Source: a virus
Strand: one strand, 5' to 3'
Virus record (IMG/VR): IMGVR_UViG_3300020421_002402
Span: 32,001-96,000 of that record
Length of the DNA: 64,000 bases
Shown: positions 1 through 10,112 of the stretch, piece by piece
Layout: every line of letters begins with the position of its first letter
Numbering within the stretch: the first letter of the stretch is position 1
The notes under the pieces: model-generated
The model's input: only the letters and a program-made list of their open reading frames with translations
Database searches by the model: none
What the model was told of the DNA's origin: nothing
Made by a program: the position numbers and the translations under genes

Positions 1-2
1 TA

Positions 3-122
3 GGAGATTTCACTCCTAAAGAAGCACTCATCAAATTAGAAGAAACAGACAACATGAAAGAGTTTGTAGAACAACTAAAAATCAAACATGCTTTTGATGA
101 TGTAGACGAAAAAAAGTCTTGA
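3..122 (+). CDS. 3' end of hypothetical protein (partial)
   Basis: Open frame GDFTPKEALIKLEETDNMKEFVEQLKIKHAFDDVDEKKS ending TGA 120-122. Confidence 0.6.
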   Translation, partial: GDFTPKEALIKLEETDNMKEFVEQLKIKHAFDDVDEKKS

Positions 123-146
123 CATTTAACTTATAATCAGTATAAT
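119..146 (+). promoter_or_regulatory. sigma70-type promoter for ncRNA/tRNA operon
   Basis: TTGACA 119-124, 16 nt, TATAAT 141-146. Confidence 0.8.
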
Positions 147-152
147 AAACAT

Positions 153-278
153 ATTAGTAAGTATCCGAGTGGTATTTCGTATATTAGGTGGGGTTGTGTG
201 GTAAAACACACCACGATATTTAGAGTTGATAATAAGACCGTGCCCAGCAAAGTCCTTAAGTGTACTATACTTACTAAT
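153..278 (+). ncRNA. candidate structured RNA (~126 nt) preceding tRNAs
   Basis: Perfect 12-bp terminal pairing ATTAGTAAGTAT(153-164)/ATACTTACTAAT(267-278); starts 7 nt after the -10 box; internal GTGTG/CACAC hairpin; no ORF. Confidence 0.55.
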
Positions 279-282
279 CCGA

Positions 283-358
283 GCTCGGATAGCTCAGTTG
301 GTAGAGCAGGGGTTTTGTAAACCTCAGGTCGGAGGTTCGAATCCTCTTCCGAGCTCCA
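283..358 (+). tRNA. tRNA-Thr(TGT)
   Basis: Acceptor GCTCGGA/TCCGAGC, D-arm AGCTCAGTTGGTAGAGC, anticodon loop TTTGTAA, GGTTCGAATCC, encoded CCA. Confidence 0.95.
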
Positions 359-363
359 CTCAT

Positions 364-438
<75 letters not shown>

Positions 439-466
439 TTTTTACCAAAAAAAGTGGAAAAAAAGG

Positions 467-495
467 TTGACATTGACCTTAAAATTGCATATAAT
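467..495 (+). promoter_or_regulatory. sigma70-type early promoter with A-tract UP element
   Basis: TTGACA-17-TATAAT; upstream TTTACCAAAAAAA-TGG-AAAAAGG block recurs at ~32307. Confidence 0.85.
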
Positions 496-530
496 ATATG
501 TATATTAAATAAAAAAGGTAGGAGTTTTTT

Positions 531-1049
531 ATGCAAACATTAGTAATTAAAACACAATACAGAGAAAACTATGGTGCCCATGATTGGGACGGCAAAGGCG
601 AGTGTCCTCAGTATTGGAAGTTCAAAGGTGGTGACACTTATTTTGTTACTGGTTTAACTTCTAGGCAAATCAATAAGATTGCTAGTGGTGGTATTCCAAC
701 TCTTTCTGCTCTTATTGAGTATTCAAACGACGCCAGTGAAGAGTATATTTTGGATTGGGAGATTCGTGACCTTGGTAAAAACGGCGACGGTAAAGGTCCA
801 ATTTGCGAGCCTTGGGAAACTCCTGTAGAGTTTTACTACAAGGACGGTTGGAAATGTCGTACCCATCACACTCCTAGCCCAGAATACTCTCACTGGAATA
901 GGGCCATCATAGGTAAGGCTCAACAGTGGACTCCATCTGCTGAAGGCAACAGAGTAGAAGGCACTTACAAGTGTCAGTATAAAACCAAAAATGGTTGGTT
1001 TGATTATAACCACCCTCAACTCAAAAAAGAGTGTGAGCAAGCCGCATAA
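531..1049 (+). CDS. phage hypothetical protein (TQYRENYGAHDWDG..CPQYWKFKGG type)
   Basis: AGGAG RBS; motif recalled from T4-like phage hypotheticals. Confidence 0.75.
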   Translation: MQTLVIKTQYRENYGAHDWDGKGECPQYWKFKGGDTYFVTGLTSRQINKIASGGIPTLSALIEYSNDASEEYILDWEIRDLGKNGDGKGPICEPWETPVEFYYKDGWKCRTHHTPSPEYSHWNRAIIGKAQQWTPSAEGNRVEGTYKCQYKTKNGWFDYNHPQLKKECEQAA

Positions 1050-1057
1050 ATAATAGT

Positions 1058-1333
1058 ATGGGTGAATTTGACCACAGAGTAGAAAGGCAAAGACTTTTGC
1101 TTGAAGCAGAGGAATGGTCAAGAACCATTTCCTCTTTGCATGTCCATAGGCTAACATCCATGTGGTACGAAACAGAAGAATCTAAAAAGGATTTAGAAAA
1201 AGGTGGTGTTACTGATATCAGGTATAATGACAGCACCGTTGAAAGACAACAAAACGGCAAAACAATTAGAATTTTTGGTAAAAAACTAAAAGGAGATGAC
1301 CTAATTGATGCCTACTGTAGAGCAGGATCATAA
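1058..1333 (+). CDS. hypothetical protein
   Basis: ORF; ATAAATA 5 nt upstream of ATG. Confidence 0.7.
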   Translation: MGEFDHRVERQRLLLEAEEWSRTISSLHVHRLTSMWYETEESKKDLEKGGVTDIRYNDSTVERQQNGKTIRIFGKKLKGDDLIDAYCRAGS

Positions 1334-1366
1334 TAAATACTTACATAATAACAGTAGGGACTTATT

Positions 1367-1585
1367 ATGTCATTCAAGAGAACTCAGTTTCATCCAGAAA
1401 CAGATCCGGGCTCAGTTAGATTTCACGATTATCAATTTAGATTAAAAAGCAACGGCACAATAGAATTTGACGATGAGATTACATCAGACCAACTCAAATG
1501 TCAAATGGGAGATTTGTATGTCGTTATTGAAGACGAAGGTGTTGTAAAATTTGTACCAACCCATTTAGTTCCTGATAAATATTAG
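1367..1585 (+). CDS. hypothetical protein
   Basis: ORF with AGGGA RBS. Confidence 0.65.
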   Translation: MSFKRTQFHPETDPGSVRFHDYQFRLKSNGTIEFDDEITSDQLKCQMGDLYVVIEDEGVVKFVPTHLVPDKY

Positions 1586-1586
1586 C

Positions 1587-2123
1587 ATGAAAGACTTCTT
1601 CAAGAGTGCAGGAATGCTAATTGGTTGTATTGCATTAGCAAGGTTTATCTTACCAGCAAACTTTACACCATTACTTGCTATGGCAGTATTCATGCCGTTC
1701 CTAACAAATAACAAGCATTTAACAATGTTTTTGCCTGTTGGAATATTATTAGCAACAGACATTTTCCTTGGCTTATACGGCACTACAATGCTTTTTGTGT
1801 ACGGTACAATGCTCTTAATTGGTCTTTTAAGTAGGTATTTACATAAAGATAACTTACAAACAGTATTGGGTACTTCTGTGTTAAGTGTTGTTTTATGGCA
1901 TTTAATTGTAAACTTTGGGGTATATTTAAACGGTTTAGGTACTGTATCTTTACTGCAAACATACGCATTAGCAATACCTTTTGATTTTAGATTATTGACT
2001 AGTACCGTATTTTTTGCTACAATATTCTACAGTATTAAACAACTTACAACACAATCAGATTTAGCAGAAATAATACCTTTATATAACAAACAAAACAAAA
2101 AGAAACATGTCGGAAGATTTTAA
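1587..2123 (+). CDS. DUF6580-like membrane protein (ECF S-component-like)
   Basis: ~5-6 hydrophobic helices; PANFTPLLAMAVF and NFGV..Y..AIPF motifs. Confidence 0.6.
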   Translation: MKDFFKSAGMLIGCIALARFILPANFTPLLAMAVFMPFLTNNKHLTMFLPVGILLATDIFLGLYGTTMLFVYGTMLLIGLLSRYLHKDNLQTVLGTSVLSVVLWHLIVNFGVYLNGLGTVSLLQTYALAIPFDFRLLTSTVFFATIFYSIKQLTTQSDLAEIIPLYNKQNKKKHVGRF

Positions 2124-2658
2124 ATTAGAATTAGTTGAACCAAGAAACCCTGCACTTCACATAGTCGCAAGTGTAAATCCATTTGATGATAAAGAAGCAG
2201 ATTGGGAAAAACGCGAAGAAGAAATGATACAACTTATGAAAGATAGGTTTGGTATTGGACTTGCTTCACCGCAACTAGGTATGGGTTATAGAATGTTTGT
2301 TATGACTTTTGCAACAGGTGAAGACATTGGCGTTTACAATCCTGAAATATTAGAGTTCAGCGAAGAAACAGTAGGTATGGAAGAAGGTTGTTTAACATTT
2401 CCTCTGTTATACTTTATTGTAACTAGACCAGCAAAAGTTAAAGTAAGATTCCAAACAGCAAACCAAGAAGTAGTTGAAGATTGGTTAGAAGGAATGGATG
2501 CAAGGTGTTTCCAACATGAGTTAGACCATTTAAATGGTAAACTATATTTGGAATATGCAAGTGATATGAAACTTAAACGTGCTATGAAAAAACGTGACAA
2601 AAAGTTTAAAATATTACAAAATGACTTAGCCTTGCAACAATTAGAAAATGGCACTTAA
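2107..2658 (+). CDS. def: peptide deformylase
   Basis: GIGLASPQ, EGCLT, QHELDHLNG motifs. Confidence 0.95.
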   Translation: MSEDFKLELVEPRNPALHIVASVNPFDDKEADWEKREEEMIQLMKDRFGIGLASPQLGMGYRMFVMTFATGEDIGVYNPEILEFSEETVGMEEGCLTFPLLYFIVTRPAKVKVRFQTANQEVVEDWLEGMDARCFQHELDHLNGKLYLEYASDMKLKRAMKKRDKKFKILQNDLALQQLENGT

Positions 2659-3604
2659 TTATCCTTTCTGGGTAAACGATTTCGACAGAGTCAAAGACCA
2701 CAGAATAAATTTTCCTTTATCAAGTAAAATATTTGAACACCCAGTTGCATTCTGGTATGGTTCTAAAAAAGGAAAACCTGTAAAAAAATTAGAAAAAAGT
2801 CTTAAAAGATTTCTTAAAAGAACTGCACCAAACTTACCATACTTTGTAATATACAATTTGCCCAATAGAGATATGGGTCATTATAGCAAAGGTGGTGCCA
2901 AAGATGCTAGTGAATATTTAATGTTTATACACGAGTTCTGTGAGGGTATAAAAGGGCATAAACCTATAGTTATATACGAACCAGATGCATTACCACATAC
3001 AACGCATATGGAATCTATACAATCAGAATATAGATTAAACTTAATTAAAGAAGGATTAAAAGTACTCACCGAAGAAAGTGATGCACATGTTTATGTAGAC
3101 ATTGGGCATAGTAATTGGTTAAGTCCTAAAGAAGCGGCAAGTCTTTTAGATAATGTAAGCAATGATAAAGTAAGAGGATTTGCAGTAAATGTAAGCAACT
3201 ACAGAAGCACAGATGAATCTATGGAATGGAGTTTAAAAGTATGTGAACATAGACCTAATGATTACTTTGTTATTGATACAAGTAGAAATGGCAATGGACC
3301 ACTTGGCAACGAATGGTGTAATCCACCTGGTAGAGCATTAGGAATACCACCTACATGCAATACAGAAGTAGAACAATGTGATGCTTTTCTATGGGTAAAA
3401 ATACCAGGTGAGAGTGACGGCAAAAGAAATAAAGGTCCAAAAGCAGGAAAATTTTGGGGTACTATGGCAGAAGAATTAGTAAGTAATGCTGTTCAAAGTC
3501 CTTCATTTTGGGTACACCGTTGCGAAAAAAGAGGATATATAGTACATACACCAGTAGATAAAAAATGTATGTACTGCGGATTAAAGAATGATAGAAGTTT
3601 TTAA
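2648..3604 (+). CDS. glycoside hydrolase family 6 with C-terminal His/Cys tail
   Basis: YNLPNRD, YEPDAL, NVSNY, DTSRNG, WCNPPG, DAFLWVKIPGESDG. Confidence 0.9.
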   Translation: MALNYPFWVNDFDRVKDHRINFPLSSKIFEHPVAFWYGSKKGKPVKKLEKSLKRFLKRTAPNLPYFVIYNLPNRDMGHYSKGGAKDASEYLMFIHEFCEGIKGHKPIVIYEPDALPHTTHMESIQSEYRLNLIKEGLKVLTEESDAHVYVDIGHSNWLSPKEAASLLDNVSNDKVRGFAVNVSNYRSTDESMEWSLKVCEHRPNDYFVIDTSRNGNGPLGNEWCNPPGRALGIPPTCNTEVEQCDAFLWVKIPGESDGKRNKGPKAGKFWGTMAEELVSNAVQSPSFWVHRCEKRGYIVHTPVDKKCMYCGLKNDRSF

Positions 3605-4286
3605 AAAGATAAATGTAGACTTTGATTATATGAAGTTGCGTAATGATGTGAATCATGTATATCATACTATCAAAGAACAAGCAGTAGACACGCAATACGA
3701 GGCTCTAGCATACCGTAATATATGTATTACTGCATCTAATCCTAACAGTGATGATTGGACAGATGGCATAGCAGGTAAAACCTATGTAAACAAAACAGGT
3801 GCACAAGGTAAACAAGGTGTACTAACATCACAAGTAGGCGATGATTCTAATGAAATGTTAGATGAAACAAAATTTATTCATCCTATTAAACAAATACAAG
3901 GACTATATTTAGAAGAATTTATTAAAAGTTTTAAAGATGTTTACAGATGGAGAATAAGTATTTTACCTCCTAGAACAACTTTAAGCATACACAAAGACGG
4001 AAGTTTTTTAATGCAAACACTTAATACAACAGGTGCTATATTAGATTGGAGATTACATTTTCCAATAGTAACAAACAACAGATGTTTTCTTGTAAACTGG
4101 CCCGATAACTTTGGAACACCCAGTGATGAAGGAGAAACTGTGCCTTTAGAGTTAGCACACTTCAAAGCAGGTAGCAGTTACCTACTTAATACAAGTAAAA
4201 TACATTGTGCTACTAATTATAGTGATTCAGAAAGAATACACTTAATTGCCAGTCTTGGCAAAGATACTATTCAGGCTTTTCAATAA
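3588..4286 (+). CDS. 2OG-Fe(II) oxygenase (Asp/Asn beta-hydroxylase-like)
   Basis: IHKD, RLHFPI, HCATN..ERIHLI. Confidence 0.7.
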   Translation: MIEVFKKINVDFDYMKLRNDVNHVYHTIKEQAVDTQYEALAYRNICITASNPNSDDWTDGIAGKTYVNKTGAQGKQGVLTSQVGDDSNEMLDETKFIHPIKQIQGLYLEEFIKSFKDVYRWRISILPPRTTLSIHKDGSFLMQTLNTTGAILDWRLHFPIVTNNRCFLVNWPDNFGTPSDEGETVPLELAHFKAGSSYLLNTSKIHCATNYSDSERIHLIASLGKDTIQAFQ

Positions 4287-5019
4287 CTAACGGATTTTGT
4301 AGTGTCCACATAGGAGGAAGTCTTCTTGTGTGAACAGTTGCATCTGGAAATGTTGTTTTTAATTTGTTAGTTAATGCTTTATTATTCCAAAACCATGTAA
4401 AGTGTGTTGCTTCAACAACAGCATCATCACCTTCTGTAGGAACTCTATCAACATCAACTCTTACATCATCATTGTTAATTAAACAGAACACATCACTATT
4501 TTCTGTACTTTCTACTAGTGTTGGTTCTAACATACCATATTCATGTGTACGTCTAACAACAAAATAATTTAGTGCTACTTCACGCATGAATACACCAATA
4601 CAAATTACTCCGCCTGGATTAAGATGGTCATAACAGGATTGTAAATCAGCCATTAAAATTTCAGGATCTACATTAGCAGTTTTCATATATGAAAAAATTA
4701 AATCAAACATTTCACCTTCTTTGAAAGGCATAGGTTCATCAACATTACCACTAGGATGATTCATTTGATTGTGTCTATTCCACATTCTAAAATCAGCATT
4801 CGGAAAATCTTCCTTACCTTGGTCTATTGCTTCTTGGTCACTATCAAATACAGTATAGTTTTCTTCTTTAACTTTGTTGTCTGGATCATTTAAAAGTGTA
4901 CCAGCATTACCATAAAGTTCTAATACTTTTGCATTTTCATATTTTTCTGCACCAATATTTGTTGGAGTTAAAGAAGTTGAGAAATATGCATGTTTAGGTA
5001 TGTATGCTTCAATTGTCAT
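4267..5019 (-). CDS. class I SAM-methyltransferase-like protein
   Basis: KVLELYGNAG, FDLIFS, HLNPGGVICI. Confidence 0.6.
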   Translation of the reverse strand: MTIEAYIPKHAYFSTSLTPTNIGAEKYENAKVLELYGNAGTLLNDPDNKVKEENYTVFDSDQEAIDQGKEDFPNADFRMWNRHNQMNHPSGNVDEPMPFKEGEMFDLIFSYMKTANVDPEILMADLQSCYDHLNPGGVICIGVFMREVALNYFVVRRTHEYGMLEPTLVESTENSDVFCLINNDDVRVDVDRVPTEGDDAVVEATHFTWFWNNKALTNKLKTTFPDATVHTRRLPPMWTLQNPLVIEKPE

Positions 5020-5065
5020 AAGTGTTTCCTGTTATGTAATTATAACAGTATTTATTAAGATTGGA

Positions 5066-5836
5066 TTAGACGCCTGAAGGATTTAGGTCGTCTTTGTCAT
5101 CTGGAATTGGTGATTCTTCTTCAGGTGCAAACATTTCACCTTCCAAGTAATGTTTAGCAGAACCAATGTATTCTCCTGCTTTAATTACCTTACCTTGCCA
5201 CCAATGTGGGAAATCTCCGTCAGGTAATTCACCTAACATTTTGTATAATTCTACACTATACTTTCCAATTTTGTATAGTTCTTTTCTCAACATGTCTGCT
5301 TCGTTGTCAACATGTCCTATTGCTATTTTAGTAACTGAGCCTTCTTCTTCCATCATTGGAAGTCCTGCTAGTTTTCTAATTCTGTTTAAATCTTCGTATG
5401 CTTTAGTACCACCGAAACCTGGATCTTCTCCGTCTCCGTCACATACTTTACATGCATCGCCTTTGTTGTCCATGCCTGTTCCATCACATGGTTCACAGTC
5501 GCCTTTACTCATTGGATCTTTTGTGCCTTCAAAAGCATCTGGCATTTCAATACCTTTTGCTTTTAATCTTTCTTTTTCATCATCAAATGCTGGACTAACA
5601 GAAGGAACTTCATCTGGACGTTCTTTTCTCATAGCCTTTTCTTGTCCGTATTCTCTTTCTAAACTAGGCATTTTTGCTTCTAGTTGTCCTAATGTCATTT
5701 GAGGATATTTTTCCATTGCCCAACTAAAGAAGTTTCCAATACCAAATTGCTTACCTTTGGATTGTGCTTTATCTCTTTCACCAGCACGTTTCATGCCAGC
5801 AGTTTTGAAATCAATTACGTTTTTATCTTCTGGCAT
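5066..5836 (-). CDS. hypothetical protein with paired CxxCxGxG and RKLAGL motif
   Basis: CEPCDGTG..CKVCDGDG; DLNRIRKLAGL. Confidence 0.7.
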   Translation of the reverse strand: MPEDKNVIDFKTAGMKRAGERDKAQSKGKQFGIGNFFSWAMEKYPQMTLGQLEAKMPSLEREYGQEKAMRKERPDEVPSVSPAFDDEKERLKAKGIEMPDAFEGTKDPMSKGDCEPCDGTGMDNKGDACKVCDGDGEDPGFGGTKAYEDLNRIRKLAGLPMMEEEGSVTKIAIGHVDNEADMLRKELYKIGKYSVELYKMLGELPDGDFPHWWQGKVIKAGEYIGSAKHYLEGEMFAPEEESPIPDDKDDLNPSGV

Positions 5837-5837
5837 T

Positions 5838-7406
5838 TTATAATCCTGCTAGTTTTTTCATTTCTGCCATGTCTCTGTCAAAATCCATTTCACCATGGTC
5901 TTTATAGTCTGCATTTTGAACAGTATCTTCGATATATTTTTGTACTATGTCATCTCTGTCATCGTCCATATGTAAACCAGTTTCTAAAGAAATATCAGTA
6001 AGTTCACCATCAAGTTCTTCCATGCTCATACCTAATACTTCTGCTAGGTCTTCTTCACCGTTCTCGTATGCAGTAATTAATTTATTGTACATCTCTTCTT
6101 CTTGACTTGGTTCTCCAAATGGAGCACTTTCGTATGCATCTGAAGGAACATACTCTGGATGTTCTTCGTTGTATGTTTTGTTGATTTCGTCGTAATCATA
6201 TGATCCTTTATATTCAGCATCAAATTCTTCTTTGCTCATTTCCATAGCATCGATGATTACATCTTTAAGTTTACCCTCTTCCAGTTCTTCTTCTTCAACT
6301 GTATAATCTGCTTTAATATCTGATAAGTCAATTTGTGGTAATTCTGAAGTTTCTTCTACTAAGCCTTTTGATTTTGCGAAATCTAACATATTTTCCAATC
6401 CTTCGGAGTTTTGGATTGCGTCTAAGAATTTTTCTCTAGGTGATTGTTCTTCGCCACCTCTGTTAGTAGGTAGCATGTCCATCATTTTCTTTAATGCTTT
6501 TGCTTGTGCAGGACTAACATCTACTTCTTTACCGTCGTCAGTTTTAACACTTGTTACTGGTTTGAAGTTTTTAATTTTCATGTCTTCTGCATCTTTGCCT
6601 GCTTCTTCACTGTCAATTACTTTGCCTAATTGATTAATCATGCTGTCTTGGTCATAGCCAGGCTTTGTTGCATATTCATCTTCATCGCCGTCTGTCATAC
6701 CTGTATCAACATCTAAGTCTCCGTATTGTACAGGAGCGGCTTCAGATAAACCTGCTAAGTATTTCATTATATCTATCATTTCGCTCATTTGTTCACCTAT
6801 TAATTTGTTATTGAAAAGTTTAAAAACCTTTTCATTAAAAGTACCCATATAGTTATTAAATACTTCTTTTCTCTTTTCAGCGTCTTCAACACTTGTGAAT
6901 GCTTTTCTAAAAGCACTTGCACTTGCAACTTCATCACCACCTTTTACAGTTGGTGCTATATGAATATATCCTCTTTCACTCATTGGTAAAGCAGGATGTT
7001 GCTCTAATGTATTTATCATCTGATAGTACTTTGGACGAGTTTCTCCACGCACAGTCATGTCTAATCCAGTTTTTTCATCTACATTATTCATAGGAAAACG
7101 TTCTGTATCTTTTTCACCAACAGCAAAAATAACCATAGTATTATCCATATCAAAGTTCTTTTTGTAAGAATCTACTAGGTAAGGTTGAGGTGCAAGTATA
7201 ACTTTATCAGCAGGTATGTCAAACAACTGTGTCATTATTTCTGCTTTTTCTTTAAAATTGAAAGGACTCTTAGTGCCTTCTACTTTGTCTGATGATGCAA
7301 TATATACATCTGCATCAGGAAATTCAGCCTGTAGTTTTTTGTACACTATCTCATGATGAGGTAGCATAGGTTGAAATCTTCCTGGATATATTACGACTTT
7401 TTTCAT
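5838..7406 (-). CDS. cytidyltransferase-like (HIGH superfamily) domain plus long acidic C-terminus
   Basis: YPGRFQPMLPHH, SPFNFKEK, SASAFR; two LAGL motifs. Confidence 0.7.
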   Translation of the reverse strand: MKKVVIYPGRFQPMLPHHEIVYKKLQAEFPDADVYIASSDKVEGTKSPFNFKEKAEIMTQLFDIPADKVILAPQPYLVDSYKKNFDMDNTMVIFAVGEKDTERFPMNNVDEKTGLDMTVRGETRPKYYQMINTLEQHPALPMSERGYIHIAPTVKGGDEVASASAFRKAFTSVEDAEKRKEVFNNYMGTFNEKVFKLFNNKLIGEQMSEMIDIMKYLAGLSEAAPVQYGDLDVDTGMTDGDEDEYATKPGYDQDSMINQLGKVIDSEEAGKDAEDMKIKNFKPVTSVKTDDGKEVDVSPAQAKALKKMMDMLPTNRGGEEQSPREKFLDAIQNSEGLENMLDFAKSKGLVEETSELPQIDLSDIKADYTVEEEELEEGKLKDVIIDAMEMSKEEFDAEYKGSYDYDEINKTYNEEHPEYVPSDAYESAPFGEPSQEEEMYNKLITAYENGEEDLAEVLGMSMEELDGELTDISLETGLHMDDDRDDIVQKYIEDTVQNADYKDHGEMDFDRDMAEMKKLAGL

Positions 7407-7672
7407 AGTTCTACAATTCTAACCTTTAATGGTGTTGAACCTTTTATTAATCTATGATAACATCTTTTGTTTATATGTATAGTGGAACCTGGGCCTATTT
7501 CTTTTGGTAGTTCGTTATCAAATTGAAATTTCCAACCAACACCTTCTAACACTTTTACAAATCTTGTTCTTCTATCTCTATGCCAAACAAGTTCTTCGTT
7601 GTCTACTGATAAATCAAATACTCTTTCAAATGTGTTTTCAGATATGTTTGTTTGAGTGTAAGGTTCTGACAT
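7403..7672 (-). CDS. small cupin-like phage protein
   Basis: ELVWHRD..WKFQFDNELP..YHRLIKG. Confidence 0.65.
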   Translation of the reverse strand: MSEPYTQTNISENTFERVFDLSVDNEELVWHRDRRTRFVKVLEGVGWKFQFDNELPKEIGPGSTIHINKRCYHRLIKGSTPLKVRIVEL

Positions 7673-7675
7673 AGC

Positions 7676-9619
7676 CTACCACCACTTACCGCCTTTGACC
7701 AGACCGTAACGTGGCAAACGACATGCCCAATAACCTGCCTTCATTTTGTCGTTTTTCTTTTCGCAATTATGTCTTGCGGCAAATGATTTTGCTCTTTTCT
7801 TGTTTCCTGATTTTGTTTTTAATCCTGCGTCACCAAAACTAATTTTTTTAACTCTGCCTGTTTTAGGATTTTTAACATAAACTTTATATTTTTTACCACC
7901 ACCTGAACTTCTTGTTGGCTTGTTGAGTTTTACTTTTTTGCCTTGATATTCTGCTTCGTTGGTAACACTTTCACCGGCATGCATAGCCGCCATGTGTTTT
8001 TTATATTTCTTTGTGCCTTTCTTGTGAGGTGATTTGCCTTCGTCAAAATCTTCCATGTCATTTAAGTTTATATGCTGTAATGCGTCTTCTATAACTTCAT
8101 TTGCACTGACAACATCTAACACTCTACCACTGGCAAAGTCTCCTATTGGTTGTCCGCCTACTTCCATTCTTGGATCAACAACATCTTCAACATGTAGTGC
8201 TTCTAGGTCTGAATACATTTTTGCTTCTAGGTCTTCTTTATTGTCTGCATACAAACCTGGTGATTCACCAAATGTATCTACTAGTTGTTGTACTACGGCA
8301 TCACGTATAATACTTCTTTCTTCACCTTCACTAATTGCGTCATTAAAAAGTTTAAAAGGATTAAATCCACCTTTCTTAGGTTCAGGAGGTCTTTCCATAG
8401 GCTTTGTTCCTCTCTTCACCCCTTTTTGCTTTAATTTTTTTCTTAGTTTATCACTAATATCTGCTGGGTGGTCTGGATTGTCTTTATCTAATGAATAGTA
8501 TCCAGGGCCTTTAAGTCCTTTGACTAAATCTTTTATACCTTCTTCTAATTGTACTTTGTAAACAATCTTAGCAATTTTGGCAATGTCATCTGCTAGTGCT
8601 GGATTTTCACTTTCTAATTCTGAAAATAATTCTTGTGGTGAATATTTTGACCAATCCTTTTTCATTAATGCTCTACCAAGTATTTTTCCTACTGCATTTT
8701 CTTCTGGTGTGTTGTATGATTTAATCATTGGTAAATCATCTAGTTCACGTGCTGATTTCCAATCCATATCCATTACACCTTCACCAAATGCCATTTTAGA
8801 TGCTTTACCTAATATTTCACTTCGTTGTCCTCTACCCATGTGTGGGAAGTCTGCCTGCATTTGTTGATATGCCATTCTAGGATCATCCATTCGTTTCATA
8901 TAACTAGCAACTTGTTTAATAACTTCTTCGTCACCTGGATATTCGTCTCTTGATTTTTTTCTTTGTGCATTACCTTCGTCATGCTTTGTTATCTCTACCC
9001 AACTAGGTTGACCATTACCATAAGTCATTTCACCTTCATCACAACCATAGTTGCCAAAGCCATCGCACTCTGAACTTTCTTCCTCTTCACCGTCATCATT
9101 GGTAAATGTTTCTTCACCGTCCATGTAACCTGAACCACCACATGCTGGACAATCGCCATCTTTGATATAGTCGTCCATGTAATTGCCTTGTAGTGCATCT
9201 TGTAAATCGTTAAATGCTTCTGTTCTTTCTTCAGCATCATAGTAATCATCAGGCTCGCCAATCATTCCTCGTTCTGCTTCGTCTTCATCTTCTATTAAGT
9301 ATGGAATATCTAGCCAAACTTTTTCACCACCTTTAAGTGTTACCTGTTCGCCTATGTCTGTGGCAAGCATTTCTTCACTTTCCCAATCAAGTTCAGGTAA
9401 AGATCCTGCTTCACGTAATTTTTTTGCTAGTTGGAATGTTTCGATGTATGCTTTACTACCATGTCTAAAAGGACTATCACATAGTGCAGTACCTTCATTT
9501 ACATGTGTTGCTAATGCTTGAAGTGATTCATTTATAGACTCTTCTTTGTTTACAGAAACACTTTCTGTGATTTGTGATGAGAGTTTATTTTTATCTGCTG
9601 TAAAATCGAATAGTTTCAT
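7676..9619 (-). CDS. modular protein with C-terminal DUF6321-like domain
   Basis: AEYQGKKVKLNKP..KISFGD..SFAARHNC..AGYWAC; internal CPACGGSG. Confidence 0.7.
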   Translation of the reverse strand: MKLFDFTADKNKLSSQITESVSVNKEESINESLQALATHVNEGTALCDSPFRHGSKAYIETFQLAKKLREAGSLPELDWESEEMLATDIGEQVTLKGGEKVWLDIPYLIEDEDEAERGMIGEPDDYYDAEERTEAFNDLQDALQGNYMDDYIKDGDCPACGGSGYMDGEETFTNDDGEEEESSECDGFGNYGCDEGEMTYGNGQPSWVEITKHDEGNAQRKKSRDEYPGDEEVIKQVASYMKRMDDPRMAYQQMQADFPHMGRGQRSEILGKASKMAFGEGVMDMDWKSARELDDLPMIKSYNTPEENAVGKILGRALMKKDWSKYSPQELFSELESENPALADDIAKIAKIVYKVQLEEGIKDLVKGLKGPGYYSLDKDNPDHPADISDKLRKKLKQKGVKRGTKPMERPPEPKKGGFNPFKLFNDAISEGEERSIIRDAVVQQLVDTFGESPGLYADNKEDLEAKMYSDLEALHVEDVVDPRMEVGGQPIGDFASGRVLDVVSANEVIEDALQHINLNDMEDFDEGKSPHKKGTKKYKKHMAAMHAGESVTNEAEYQGKKVKLNKPTRSSGGGKKYKVYVKNPKTGRVKKISFGDAGLKTKSGNKKRAKSFAARHNCEKKNDKMKAGYWACRLPRYGLVKGGKWW

Positions 9620-9646
9620 ATAAACTATTTATCACTTTTGGCAAAT

Positions 9647-9874
9647 TTATTCGCTTTCTTGTGTTTCAGACTTAGGTGTCCACTGAATGTTAATGCCTCT
9701 ACGTTCTAACTCTTTTAAGCATTTAATTCTAGTTTTAGGTTTAGCACCTTCTTTATTGATGTATTCGAATAAAAATTCTTTTGATTTTGCTTTGATGTAA
9801 TCGTGTTCCCAATGCCATTTAGTACGGCTACCTTTAGCATATTTTTTAATTGATGGTCCAAATTTAACTGGCAT
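9647..9874 (-). CDS. hypothetical protein
   Basis: ORF; GGAG upstream. Confidence 0.65.
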   Translation of the reverse strand: MPVKFGPSIKKYAKGSRTKWHWEHDYIKAKSKEFLFEYINKEGAKPKTRIKCLKELERRGINIQWTPKSETQESE

Positions 9875-9876
9875 AA

Positions 9877-10035
9877 CTATCTCCCTTGTCCTCTATACTT
9901 CTTGTGGGAACGACGTTTATGCTTGTTCATTGTTGATGTAGATATTTTAGTTCTTCTACCACGTCCACCTTTTCCTATGGAACTACATTTCCTTGTAGGC
10001 GTTATTGTCGATGTCTTTCTTGCCGCTCTAGCCAT
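9877..10035 (-). CDS. small very basic protein (..MNKHKRRSHKKYRGQGR)
   Basis: Probable start MARAARK after GAGG; Arg/Lys-rich. Confidence 0.65.
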   Translation of the reverse strand: MARAARKTSTITPTRKCSSIGKGGRGRRTKISTSTMNKHKRRSHKKYRGQGR

Positions 10036-10112
10036 TACCCCTCGGTGTGACAACACATACATCAGTGTTGTTTTGATGTTTGTATTTAGTTAAAAACAGT
10101 TTTAATAGAACT

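Noticed and set aside
153-278. Y RNA or 5S rRNA identity
   Set aside because: UCCGAGUG recalls Y RNA but the single bulged-C helix is not formed; 5S conserved loops are absent
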